Source of the DNA: Candidatus Latescibacterota bacterium
GTDB taxonomy: Bacteria; Latescibacterota; UBA2968; GCA-2709665
Reading direction: 5' to 3'
NCBI GenBank assembly: GCA_965205485.1
Contig: OZ242180.1
Span: 3,936,001 to 4,000,000 of the forward strand
DNA length: 64,000 bases
Shown: in pieces, positions 20,761 through 30,087 of the stretch
How the letters are laid out: every line of letters starts with the position of its first letter
Position numbering within the stretch: position 1 is the stretch's first letter
Notes under the pieces: model-generated
What the model saw: the letters and a program-made list of their open reading frames with translations, nothing else
What the model was told of the DNA's origin: nothing
Database searches by the model: none
Program-made: the position numbers and the translations under genes

Positions 20761-21519
20761 ATGGCGATTACGGGCGATTTCGAGGCCTATCTGGCGGAAG
20801 ATTGGTACGGCCGCCCCATGTCCGTCGACGCACTGCTGGAGTGCGAAGCGGAAGCGGACATCGATATGGCGGTGGTCATGCCCGACGCGAAGGAGGACCC
20901 GGATAACGACGGGCTGCTGGAACGGACCGGAGACCATCCGAACCTGCTGCCCTGCGTGATGATGAATCCGCATTGGGGTGATCGTGGAGTTGCGCTGCTG
21001 AGGGACTACGTGTCCCGCGGCGCTCAGGGCATGAAGCTGATGGGCGCGATCCACAAGTTCGAGGTGGACGATCCGATGGTCTTTCCATTCGCGGACGCCG
21101 CACAGGAACTGGGTATCGTGATTTCGATCCATACCGGGGTGGAAAACTGCAGCGCGGATCGGGCAGCGGCGATCGCGGAACGCGCGCCGGAAACGGCGAT
21201 CATCCTCGACCATATGGGTTTTCCGGACCATTTCGACGCGGCATTGTCCGTGTGCGTGCAATATCAGAACGTATTCATGGGCACGACCATTCTGCGTTTT
21301 CACAAACGCTGGTCGGACAACCCGGAGGAGACCGTTCCCGTGGAGGTCAGAACCGCCGTCGAGACGTTGGGGCCGGAACGGGTGGTCTTCGGCTCCAATC
21401 TGCCGGAATATCGGCCCATCCAGGTGAAACGGGCGATTCAGCGGCTGCGCCTCGGAGAGGATGCCGAGCGGCTGATTTTCGGGGAGAACCTGGCGAGAAT
21501 CTACGGGCTTTCGGGATAG
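20761..21519 (+). CDS. Amidohydrolase-2 family protein (N-terminal HxH replaced by DFEAY)
   Basis: GMKL, ISIHTG, ILDHMG, VFGSNLP, GENLARIY; RBS ggaggg. Confidence 0.8.
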   Translation: MAITGDFEAYLAEDWYGRPMSVDALLECEAEADIDMAVVMPDAKEDPDNDGLLERTGDHPNLLPCVMMNPHWGDRGVALLRDYVSRGAQGMKLMGAIHKFEVDDPMVFPFADAAQELGIVISIHTGVENCSADRAAAIAERAPETAIILDHMGFPDHFDAALSVCVQYQNVFMGTTILRFHKRWSDNPEETVPVEVRTAVETLGPERVVFGSNLPEYRPIQVKRAIQRLRLGEDAERLIFGENLARIYGLSG

Positions 21520-21522
21520 CCG

Positions 21523-22284
21523 TCAGTCGGCCTGCAAAAACGCGCGCTGCAGGTCGTCGAAGTGGTGGTCCGATGACGCGAGGGTGGGTTCCGGCGCGGC
21601 TATTGCGCCGAATAGTTCCTCGAAGTCCACCGTCCTGCCCGAGAGGTACCGCAGGCGTATACCCAGCACGTTCAGGATGGCTGCGCCGGCGGCGTAGTCC
21701 CAGATCGACGCGTGGTCGAACGCGCCAACCGCGGAGCCCCTGGCAACGTAACACAGATGGGCGGCTGCGGACCCGAGACTGAGGGTTTTGCCGGGGTAGT
21801 CGATCCTGAGACGTTTGAATGCGCCTTCGCTGACCAGCAGCAGGGCGTTGGCGTCCAGTGCGGGCTTTGGTGGCGCGAGCGCGCGCCCGTTGCAGAAGGC
21901 GGAAGCGCCGTCCGTATGGTAGACGTCTCCAATGACCGGCAGGGTGAACGCACCCATGGTTGGTTCTCCGTCCTCGAAGACGCCGATCGAGACGCCCCAG
22001 ACCGGTAAGCCATGGTTGAACGCACGCGTTCCGTCGATCGGATCGATCGCCCAGACGACGGGCGATAACGGCATCGGATTGGCGCCCTCTTCGCCCAGTA
22101 TTGCATCGTTCGGTCGCCTGGATTCGATCTCTCTTCTGAGAAAGGTTTCAACTTCCACGTCCGCGTGAGTGACCCAGGAATTGTCGGCCTTGAGCGTGCC
22201 TTCCGTCCTGCCGAAGTGGGATAGCGCGATTCCACCGGACTCGCGGGCAATTTCCAGAATCCATTTGATGTCGATTGGCGTCAC
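21523..22284 (-). CDS. Inositol monophosphatase family protein
   Basis: VTHAD, LGEE, WAIDPIDGT, WDYAAG; GTG start with RBS aggagg. Confidence 0.9.
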   Translation of the reverse strand: MTPIDIKWILEIARESGGIALSHFGRTEGTLKADNSWVTHADVEVETFLRREIESRRPNDAILGEEGANPMPLSPVVWAIDPIDGTRAFNHGLPVWGVSIGVFEDGEPTMGAFTLPVIGDVYHTDGASAFCNGRALAPPKPALDANALLLVSEGAFKRLRIDYPGKTLSLGSAAAHLCYVARGSAVGAFDHASIWDYAAGAAILNVLGIRLRYLSGRTVDFEELFGAIAAPEPTLASSDHHFDDLQRAFLQAD

Positions 22285-22566
22285 GCTGCCTCCTAAGCAG
22301 TTGAAGTGGTTCCCTGGTCGGATTGAAGATATACACAAACGAACCTTGAAACAATCGTCGCATCACGGCCGGGACGATGGGTATTGCGCCTGCGGCGGGG
22401 AGGCGCTATCTTCAGGATTCGCGCCCTCTCAGTCAGAGCTGATGCTGCTTCCGCTACCTCGTGATCACATGGTTCAAATCGCGTGAATCATCTCCAGGCA
22501 ATCCAGGGGGCGAACGTCGGGTTTTGTCTGCCAGGCCAATTCCACGCCGGAGGACCTGTCCGCGCA

Positions 22567-23319
22567 ATGGGAAAGAAGAAGATATTCCTGACCGGCGCGG
22601 CCGGGTCGCTTGGGACCTCTATCCGGTCGCGGATGAGAGCGCGATATGATTTCCGGCTCCTGCTGCACTCGACGGTACCGGACGACGTGCATTCCGACGA
22701 CCAGGTGGTCTTCGGCAGCGTGGCGGACCACGCGGCGATGGTCGAAGCCACGTCTGGTGTGGACGCCGTCGTACACCTGGCGATCCGTCGATGGAGCGGC
22801 ATGACCGCTGAAGACGTGGCGAAAGCGACCCTGGAAGTCGACATTCCGGGCGTGTACAATATCCTCGAGGCTGCGCGAATAAACGCAGTGCCTGTCGTCG
22901 TCTTCGCAAGTACCAATCACGTCACGGGTTTATACGAAAAGGAAGGCCTTGTCTCCACACCCGAGAGCCCGGTAAGGCCGGACGGCGTTTACGGCGCCGG
23001 AAAGGCTTTCGGAGAAGCCCTGGGCAGATTTTATGCGGAACGATACGGGATACGGGTGATTTGCCTTCGGGTGGCGAACTTCAATGGGAAGGACGCGCCG
23101 GGAACACGATATGAGGCCGGGTATGCCCGCTGGCTGAGTCCGAGGGATCTGGCGCAACTGGTCTGGAGGTCCATCGAAGCGGAGCACGTCGGGTTCGGGA
23201 TCTTCTACGGTGTGTCGGGCGGCAGCGAGAAGAAGTGGGATCTCTCGAACGCGCGGGAGTTGCTGGGCTACGTGCCGAAAGACGACGGAACCCTGCCGGA
23301 GTATGGAGGCAATGAATAA
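22567..23319 (+). CDS. NAD-dependent epimerase/dehydratase, uronate dehydrogenase-like
   Basis: TGAAGSLG, FASTNHVTG, RPDGVYGAGK, WLSPRD, LGYVPKD pattern as in Udh-like SDRs; RBS ggagga. Confidence 0.8.
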   Translation: MGKKKIFLTGAAGSLGTSIRSRMRARYDFRLLLHSTVPDDVHSDDQVVFGSVADHAAMVEATSGVDAVVHLAIRRWSGMTAEDVAKATLEVDIPGVYNILEAARINAVPVVVFASTNHVTGLYEKEGLVSTPESPVRPDGVYGAGKAFGEALGRFYAERYGIRVICLRVANFNGKDAPGTRYEAGYARWLSPRDLAQLVWRSIEAEHVGFGIFYGVSGGSEKKWDLSNARELLGYVPKDDGTLPEYGGNE

Positions 23320-23408
23320 TGGCGGTGGATCCTGAAGCCGCATGCACGACAGCACAGGGCCTCGAGCCGGGATCGCCCGCCCGCTTCAGGGCGTGAAACC
23401 GATGTCGA

Positions 23409-24161
23409 ATGAAGCATGACAGCAGGGAGAACGGCATGATCCGGGAGGGTATGCGGGTGCTGGTGTTCAGCGCTCACGCGGCGGACTTCTGTTCGCGCGC
23501 GGGTGGGGCGATCATTCGATTCGTCAACGCGGGCGGCACGGTGCACGTCCATAACCTCACCTACGGAGAGCGGTGCGAGTCACCCGCATTGTGGGCGGAG
23601 GACCCGGACCTGCCCGTTGAGGACGTCAAGGCGAGGCGCAGGCAGGAATTCGAGGCCGCCGCCGGGATCCTGGGAGCGAGCATCGATTGCTTCGATTTCG
23701 GAGACAGCCCGCTGGTGGTGGGACCCGAACGACGTCTGCAACTGCTGGACGCGGTTCGGCGATTCAGGCCGGATCTCGTAATGAGTCACTGGATCAACGA
23801 CGTGATGCATCCGGATCACGTGGAGACCACGCAGGCCGCATTGTGGGCATGTTCCTACTGCAATGCGGGAGGAATCAAGACCGGCCGCGACCCGTGCCAG
23901 CGTCCGCTTGTGATATGCTACGAAACCACGATGGGGACGTCGCCAGTTTCGGGTTTCGTTCCCGACCTGTACGTGGATATTTCGTCGGTTTTCGAACAGA
24001 AGATCGAAGCGCTGAAGAAGCTTGCCGCACAGCCGCCCCTGCCGGAGGTGTATACGGTTCTGAACCGGTACCGCGCCATTGAGGCGCAGCATATGGCAGG
24101 GATGAACGACTGCCGGTATGCCGAGGGATTTGCGAGGATCGGCAAGGAGCCGGTGGTCTGA
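23409..24161 (+). CDS. PIG-L/LmbE family metalloenzyme, GalB (4-oxalomesaconate hydratase)-like
   Basis: FSAHAADFCSRAGG, LTYGERCES, HPDH, YVDIS, YAEGF. Confidence 0.78.
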   Translation: MKHDSRENGMIREGMRVLVFSAHAADFCSRAGGAIIRFVNAGGTVHVHNLTYGERCESPALWAEDPDLPVEDVKARRRQEFEAAAGILGASIDCFDFGDSPLVVGPERRLQLLDAVRRFRPDLVMSHWINDVMHPDHVETTQAALWACSYCNAGGIKTGRDPCQRPLVICYETTMGTSPVSGFVPDLYVDISSVFEQKIEALKKLAAQPPLPEVYTVLNRYRAIEAQHMAGMNDCRYAEGFARIGKEPVV

Positions 24162-24208
24162 CGGGAGCCCCTGTCCACAGTCGCCTTAACAAAGGAGGAG
24201 TGCTGTAG

Positions 24209-24994
24209 ATGAAACTTTCCTGGATGACATATGGCGTTCTGAAGGATCTTTCGCGCCGGGACCTGCTGCAGACGCTGGGTGACCACGGCGTCGAGGGCGT
24301 CGAATTCCGGACGGACCTGGGTCACGGGCACGGCGTGGAGGCGTCGCTGGATGACGCCGAACGCAGGCAGGTCGTGGCCGACTGCGCAGCGGCCGGCATT
24401 GAAATCATCAGCGTTGCAACGGGAAACCGGTATCACGATGAGGACGCGTCCGACCTTCGGGACCAGATCGACCAGACAAAGGTGCGGATGGATCTCGCTG
24501 CGGATCTGGGCGCGCCCAGGGTGAGAGTATTCGGGAACAATTTCCCCAAAGACGTGCCGAGAGAGAAGACGATCGCTCAGGTGGCCGTTGCGCTTCGGGA
24601 GCTCTGTGCGTACGGCGTCGAAAGGTCCGTCAGGCCGTGTCTGGAGCTGCACGGCGAATTCGACTGGCGGTCTTGCCGGGCGGTAGCCGAAAAGGTGGAC
24701 CATCAGAATTTCGGATTGATCTGGAATTCGGTGGCCGAAGACGTGGTTGACGGATCCGTCGAGCAGGCGCTCGACACGGTCTGGCCCTGGCTGGACCACG
24801 TCCATATGCACGATCTGGCTGGCCAGGGGTATCCGTACAGGGAGTTGTTCCGGTTGCTACACCAGAAGGAATACGCGGGGTATATGTCGGCCGAGGCGGA
24901 ACGGAGCCCCGATCGGGGCGTCGGCGACCGGTGGATGTTCGCGGCGTATTACGCGGATCTTTTCAGGGCCTACCGGGACCTGGCGCGGGGTTAG
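24209..24994 (+). CDS. Sugar phosphate isomerase/epimerase (AP endonuclease 2 TIM barrel)
   Basis: GVEFR, RVRVFG, LELHG, HVHMHD, YMSAE; RBS aaggagg. Confidence 0.85.
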   Translation: MKLSWMTYGVLKDLSRRDLLQTLGDHGVEGVEFRTDLGHGHGVEASLDDAERRQVVADCAAAGIEIISVATGNRYHDEDASDLRDQIDQTKVRMDLAADLGAPRVRVFGNNFPKDVPREKTIAQVAVALRELCAYGVERSVRPCLELHGEFDWRSCRAVAEKVDHQNFGLIWNSVAEDVVDGSVEQALDTVWPWLDHVHMHDLAGQGYPYRELFRLLHQKEYAGYMSAEAERSPDRGVGDRWMFAAYYADLFRAYRDLARG

Positions 24995-25054
24995 GGGCGG
25001 GCTGAAAAGGCCGGTCGGCCAGCACCGGAAACTCCTTCAATGATTACATAAATC

Positions 25055-25087
25055 AAGCCTGATATGTCACTGCATATCAGGCTTTTT
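25055..25087. terminator. Intrinsic terminator between convergent genes
   Basis: AAGCCTGATATG-TCACTG-CATATCAGGCTT followed by TTT. Confidence 0.75.
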
Positions 25088-25150
25088 GCATATCGTACGG
25101 GGGACCGGCTGGTCGCCTTGTTCGATCCTCGAGTGTAAGCCTTCGCTGCC

Positions 25151-25855
25151 TCACGTTCGCGGCAAGAATGACTGGTGAGTCTCCATTAAATCGCGGCGTT
25201 TCTCCAAAGCGTCGGTCAACCGGGATGCCAACGCAGATTCCCCTATTGACCTCAGTTGCTTCGGTAGTTCCGGACGTGATGCGGGAAATACGTCGGCCCG
25301 GATCAAACGGGCGCGCGCAAATTGTGTCAACATCGTGATTGTCTGTTCCTGAACCGCATCATCGTCGCCGATCACTCCGAGATCTTCAAGAAGCCTACTT
25401 GCTCGGTCGGCGCGTTCTTCAGCCACTGCGGCAGAAGGTAACGGCAAATGCCTCGCCCACGTCTGTTGTAAGTCCGACCAGTATCGATCCTTCTGATGAA
25501 GTACCGTACCGAATCGGATGGACCAGCAAAGAAGCTCATGACCACGTGCGATGAGTGATTCCACGTCGGTTTTGCGATACGCCTTGACGTCGACATCCAG
25601 AGGCGGCGTCGCGAATGAGGGTTTCTCCGATCCGTACACGAATAGCATGTCGACGTCGGCGCTAAAGCTGACGTCGCGGACAATCGATCCGAAGGCGACA
25701 ATCGCCGGAATATCGGCTCGATCGCACGCCATTTGGATCAACTGCTCGACCCATTCCCTCGCCGCAACGCTTGGCCATTTCTCTGCAGATTCGAGTAAGC
25801 GGGGCAAAAAGGTCTCCATCCCAGGGCGTTTGCGCGTTTCTGTATGTTTTTCCAT
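25151..25855 (-). CDS. Nucleotidyltransferase (MNT) with helical, HEPN-like C-terminal extension; putative antitoxin
   Basis: AFGSIVRDVSFSADVDML (GS...DxD) motif; ATG 25855 lies 4 nt after the HEPN stop; the longer track ORF overlaps the HEPN gene. Confidence 0.78.
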   Translation of the reverse strand: MEKHTETRKRPGMETFLPRLLESAEKWPSVAAREWVEQLIQMACDRADIPAIVAFGSIVRDVSFSADVDMLFVYGSEKPSFATPPLDVDVKAYRKTDVESLIARGHELLCWSIRFGTVLHQKDRYWSDLQQTWARHLPLPSAAVAEERADRASRLLEDLGVIGDDDAVQEQTITMLTQFARARLIRADVFPASRPELPKQLRSIGESALASRLTDALEKRRDLMETHQSFLPRT

Positions 25856-25859
25856 TGAG

Positions 25860-26237
25860 TTATTTTTCCAGCAACGCGGACACCGCTTCCACATATTCTT
25901 CGATTTTTCGAGCAACGTCCTCGGCGTCGAGATCCGGGAGAGGGGCATCGCCATATGCAGCAGCCTTACGTGCTTCATTGAGGTTCCAGAGGAAGTCCGA
26001 GAGATCCGGTAAATCATAGGACACAGCAAGTTCTTCCGCCACTTTTGCCTTTTCGGAATGAGTCCTCCTGAAACTCAAGCCAGTGTGCATGGCAGCCGCT
26101 ACGATTGCAGCTTCAAGACAATAGAAGCCATAAATGGTCAAGTCTGTCCAATCCACGGGTTCGTCCCATGCAGCAAGCACACGATCCAGGTGTTGTTTCG
26201 CAATGGAGAACGAACGCTTCGCGTCGTCACCAGGCAT
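25860..26237 (-). CDS. HEPN domain protein
   Basis: 125 aa helical; A..HL..., FYCLEAAIVA, RRTH, L.EARKAAAYGD (RxxxxY), A..IEEYV pattern; paired with MNT. Confidence 0.78.
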   Translation of the reverse strand: MPGDDAKRSFSIAKQHLDRVLAAWDEPVDWTDLTIYGFYCLEAAIVAAAMHTGLSFRRTHSEKAKVAEELAVSYDLPDLSDFLWNLNEARKAAAYGDAPLPDLDAEDVARKIEEYVEAVSALLEK

Positions 26238-26683
26238 TTCCTGCCTTTTGTTTTATCGTGTGATGCCTTCCCGCTGGCCTCGCCTTAATGAAATATAGGC
26301 TCGGAGGTTCCCTTTATCAAGCCTATCCAACGTGGACGATCCATTCTGACAGGCATTTCAAATGTCGCAGAAACGATGCATTCCAAAATACATTGCGCGC
26401 GCAATGCTTTCCAGTTGCAGCGCCGCTACGGTTTTGAACATTCGTGACCCGATGTGTTTCTGCACCTTTCGTGACGGATGTTTTCGTGCGCAACCGGCCT
26501 CGCGGCACCATACCCACAAGGAGTACAGACGCCACCGAAGGATTGGCAGCCAACCGGTGGGTGAAGAAACGCCTGCAGTCCGTATGGAAATCATCAATAG
26601 TGGTTGGAGCGCAAATAAACAAAGCCGGGTATATCATCGTATACCAGATTTTTGGGTTAATGCACGTGCGACGGTCACTTTGT

Positions 26684-27499
26684 TCAATCCACCGTCCTGG
26701 CGCTGACAACGGTTATTATCGCGATGTCGTCTTCGTCGTGAACCGAACTGCCGACAATGACCGTCTCGCCGTTCTTGATGTTCAGTGAAGTGTTGAGTAC
26801 ATGACCTCCGGCCGAGTTGACGATAAGATCTCGAAGTTGTATAACCCCCTTGCCTTCATCTATGAAATCGAGCCAATAGCTTCCCCGGATGCCCGAGAAG
26901 TTCAAGCGTTTGTCTCCGGATGCATCCACGAGTTTCGGCGTAGAGGGAGGCTTCACGGAAGGCATGCCCCTGCTGCCGGCGTTTGAAATCGATCTACTGC
27001 TTCCAAGGAGATTGTAGTGCCGGAATTTGAATGCCTGTTTCAATTGATTCCGCAGGGTCTCATCGGGTACTGGACGATGAAGCCTGCGATTTACACCATC
27101 CACCGGTACATAAAATGCCACGTTCGAAGCCAATATCTGCCTCAGATGGATTTCGATCCGGCGGGGAGGTATATCGAATTTGGCAAGCAGTTTTCTCGCG
27201 CGCACCGCGGACGACGGATTCTTGAACTTGATGAAGAGCTTTGTCCGTCCATAGTTCTTGGCGCTTTCGTATTCGATTTCAAATGCGCGCAGAAGCTCCA
27301 TGACCCCAGGGACTGGAAGGTATTTTATATGAAACATCTCGACACCCGGAGGGAGGAGCTCCTCCAGTTCAGCACCCTTCGTCGAATCCGCCGTCTCCTT
27401 TGCGTTACAAGGTGAGGAGAATGTAGCCACATATAGAACGGAAGCCAATATTGTCGAAAATTTCACGGCTGCTATCGCTTGAGATCGGAATTGTTTCAT
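26684..27499 (-). CDS. Exported hypothetical protein with secretin-N (NolW-like) repeat and short secretin-like C-terminal strands
   Basis: Signal peptide; F.IKYL...ARKLLAKFDIPPRRIEI; LNTSLNIKNGETVIVGS; ATGA-coupled to the anti-sigma gene. Confidence 0.6.
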   Translation of the reverse strand: MKQFRSQAIAAVKFSTILASVLYVATFSSPCNAKETADSTKGAELEELLPPGVEMFHIKYLPVPGVMELLRAFEIEYESAKNYGRTKLFIKFKNPSSAVRARKLLAKFDIPPRRIEIHLRQILASNVAFYVPVDGVNRRLHRPVPDETLRNQLKQAFKFRHYNLLGSSRSISNAGSRGMPSVKPPSTPKLVDASGDKRLNFSGIRGSYWLDFIDEGKGVIQLRDLIVNSAGGHVLNTSLNIKNGETVIVGSSVHDEDDIAIITVVSARTVD

Positions 27500-28143
27500 T
27501 GGTGATCCGCTCCTTTCCGAGGCAGAACCCACACAATTGTCGTGGTTGGGTCGTTCGTTCGATAGATGACAGACACGCCGTCGGGTTGGTTGACCGAAAC
27601 GAGTACCGGATATTCCGCATCCAGCTCTTCATCTGTCAGGTGGGGTCTGGGATTCAATCGTCTGATCAATGCTTTGACTTCTGCCCTCGACGTCTGCCTG
27701 GATTCCCGAAATTCCGGTTCGTAAGGGTCGATCAGCCTTTCAGCGTTGTTTTCGTGCGACTGCGCCAGTTGGCTGTCACCGTTCTCCCCGCCGCTACGAA
27801 TGTGAAACCCGATTGCTCCAATCAACAGAACCGCAACCGCAGACCAGGTTGCGATCTGCTGCCAGTTGTGTCTTTCGTTTCCTTGCCGGTTCACGGATTC
27901 CGGTTGGGACGATGCCTTGAGAATGTCGTTGTGGATTCGCTCTCCCATACGCTCGGATGGCGTTGGTGCAGAGTCAGTTAGCGCAACTCTCCTGACCTTA
28001 CATTGGGACTCGACGAATGACTGATGAATTGCCAGACAGCCATTACATTGTCCAAGATGGCGCGAGATTCGGGAAGCCATGGATACTGGTAGGTCGTTTT
28101 CAACGTAAAGCGGCAGGAACGTTCGAACGATTCGGCAGATCAT
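27496..28143 (-). CDS. Anti-sigma factor (zf-HC2, single TM helix)
   Basis: MIC...LPLYVENDL...HLGQCNGC (HxxxCxxC), TM WSAVAVLLIGAIGF; ATGA overlap with the sigma stop. Confidence 0.85.
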   Translation of the reverse strand: MICRIVRTFLPLYVENDLPVSMASRISRHLGQCNGCLAIHQSFVESQCKVRRVALTDSAPTPSERMGERIHNDILKASSQPESVNRQGNERHNWQQIATWSAVAVLLIGAIGFHIRSGGENGDSQLAQSHENNAERLIDPYEPEFRESRQTSRAEVKALIRRLNPRPHLTDEELDAEYPVLVSVNQPDGVSVIYRTNDPTTTIVWVLPRKGADHQ

Positions 28144-28655
28144 ATCTCCGTCTCCAGGCTCTTTCTGATGCGAGTCCTTGCTTTGTGAAGGTGGACGCGG
28201 GCGGTGACGCCTCTGCAACCGAGTATCTGTGCGACTTCGCTCAACGGGAAGCCCTGAAGGTCCCGCAGCACGAATGCCATGCGTTGTTTCGGTGAGACCT
28301 TCTTCAGTATCCGGTCGAGTGTGAGTTTGAGATCGCTGTCGCTGGCCTGGCTGCGGTCCGGCAGCCCTGCCTCCAGGGGTAATCGACGAGATTTCTTCTG
28401 TTTTCGAAGGTGGTCGACAGCAGTGTTGGTAACCAGTCTGAACAACCAGGTCGTGAATATATGGTTCGATGAATACGCACGGATGTTCCTGTAAAGTTTG
28501 ATGAAACTCTCCTGGCAGATATCCTCGGCATCATCGCGGTTACCCGCAAACCGGTAAGCAACGGAATACACGATTGCCTTCTTGGCGTTTACGAGATTCT
28601 CGAAGGCCTCAACGTCGCCGTCCTGCGCCTTTCTCACCAGGTCTGATTCGTCCAT
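28140..28655 (-). CDS. ECF RNA polymerase sigma factor
   Basis: GDVEAFENLV, DAEDICQESFIK, FTTWLFRL..N..VDHLRK, region 4 EVAQILG...TARVHLHKAR; possible upstream start 28724. Confidence 0.92.
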   Translation of the reverse strand: MDESDLVRKAQDGDVEAFENLVNAKKAIVYSVAYRFAGNRDDAEDICQESFIKLYRNIRAYSSNHIFTTWLFRLVTNTAVDHLRKQKKSRRLPLEAGLPDRSQASDSDLKLTLDRILKKVSPKQRMAFVLRDLQGFPLSEVAQILGCRGVTARVHLHKARTRIRKSLETEI

Positions 28656-28918
28656 ATACAATGGTCTTATCCTTGGTGCAGGATCCCGCGAGGTTGAGAA
28701 TACTATGTCCAATACCGGTTCCAATCGGATCTCCGTATATTTGGTCGATCTCAGAACCGTAAATGAGAACCGATCAAGAGGTTGCTCGACCGGGAGAGTG
28801 CTTACCCTGCATCTACCATAATATACGACGTGAAGGCCGTGTTTGTTTAGGGCATGTCCGGGATTATCGCACCGCCGACCGGAAATCGGAAGTGCGCGGG
28901 TCGGAAAGGGAAAAGATC

Positions 28919-28944
28919 AGGGGCGACGCGTGCGTCGCCCCTAT
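28919..28944. repeat. Single REP-like palindrome
   Basis: AGGGGCGACGC-GT-GCGTCGCCCCT(AT), resembling the GTAGGGGCGACGCATGCGTCGCCC REP type. Confidence 0.6.
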
Positions 28945-29013
28945 ATTCCGAATATCTGGCGGTTTTTGGTTTTTCCTCTCCCGTCTTGCGTCTCCGGTCT
29001 CACCGCTATTCTG

Positions 29014-29871
29014 CTACAACCCGATTCGCGAATAGAACTCCTCGACGCCGCGGATACCCAGGTTCAGGCGGAACAGCGCGCCGGCGTGTTCGCCGTCTTG
29101 GTGTTTGATGTTTCCCCCGGCGGTCGTGACGTAGATGTCCGTGTAGTCCTCCCCGCCAAAGGTGAGGCTGGACACTTTCCTGACCGGAAACGCGATGCGC
29201 CGTTCTTCCACGCCGTCGGGCGTGTAGCGTACGAGGCAGTGGCCGTCCCATCGGGCGGACCAGATGCAGCCGTGGGCGTCTACCGTCATGCCGTCCGGTA
29301 TCCCTTCGTCTTCCGCCGCCCGGATAAAGACCTCCCGGTTCGCAATGTCGCCGGTTTCCCGATCGTAGTCGAACCGGTAGATATTGAGCGTGGGCGAGTC
29401 CGTGAAGTACATGTGCCGGAGGTCCGCCGTGAACCCCATCCCGTTGGAAATCCCCACTTCATCGATGACCACGCGAAGCGTGCCGTCCGTATCCAGTCGA
29501 TACAGCCTTCCCGGCCGCTCCGGCGTGGGCATGGTACCGCAGAATACCCGGCCCCCGGGATCCGCAATCACGTCATTGAAGCGGGACTCGCGCTCGTCGG
29601 GGATTTCCTCGATCACCGTCGTGAGTTCACCGTCGCGCCAGACCTTGACCGCGCCTCGCTCCATGAAGAACAGCAGAGCCCCGTCGGCCTGCACGGTAAA
29701 CCCGCCCACGACGTCGCCGGTGTAACAGGTCTCGTGCGCTCCCGCGGCCGGGTCGTAACGGAACACGCGGCCGGCAGGGATATCGGTCCAGTAGACCCTC
29801 TTTTCCATCGGGTGCCAGAGGGGTCCTTCCCCGGTCTCACAGGCGTAGTCCGCGATCAGTTCGGGCTGCAT
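29014..29871 (-). CDS. SMP-30/gluconolactonase/LRE family lactonase
   Basis: GEGPLW, RFND, ISNGMGF, PDGMTVD, LTFGG. Confidence 0.93.
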   Translation of the reverse strand: MQPELIADYACETGEGPLWHPMEKRVYWTDIPAGRVFRYDPAAGAHETCYTGDVVGGFTVQADGALLFFMERGAVKVWRDGELTTVIEEIPDERESRFNDVIADPGGRVFCGTMPTPERPGRLYRLDTDGTLRVVIDEVGISNGMGFTADLRHMYFTDSPTLNIYRFDYDRETGDIANREVFIRAAEDEGIPDGMTVDAHGCIWSARWDGHCLVRYTPDGVEERRIAFPVRKVSSLTFGGEDYTDIYVTTAGGNIKHQDGEHAGALFRLNLGIRGVEEFYSRIGL

Positions 29872-30087
29872 TTTTCGCTCCTTTCGCGTAAGCTTCCGTT
29901 CACGCTTCGATTCGTCGAGGACGGACGGTTCAATGGTAACGGACGGCCCATATCTACCTGCCGGACCACGGCATTGTCAAGGGGTTTGTCGATTCGCTGT
30001 CGGAGTCGGTTTCGGCTTGTTCGCGTCGGTCCCGCCCGGTATATTTCGCGTGTCTGAAATCAACGCGGTCGCGCGAAAGGAATCAGC

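Noticed and set aside
26290..26680. Intergenic ORFs, with a faint resemblance to an ABC-permease N-terminus or an ncRNA
   Set aside because: No RBS, motif or convincing structure; similarity too weak to call a pseudogene
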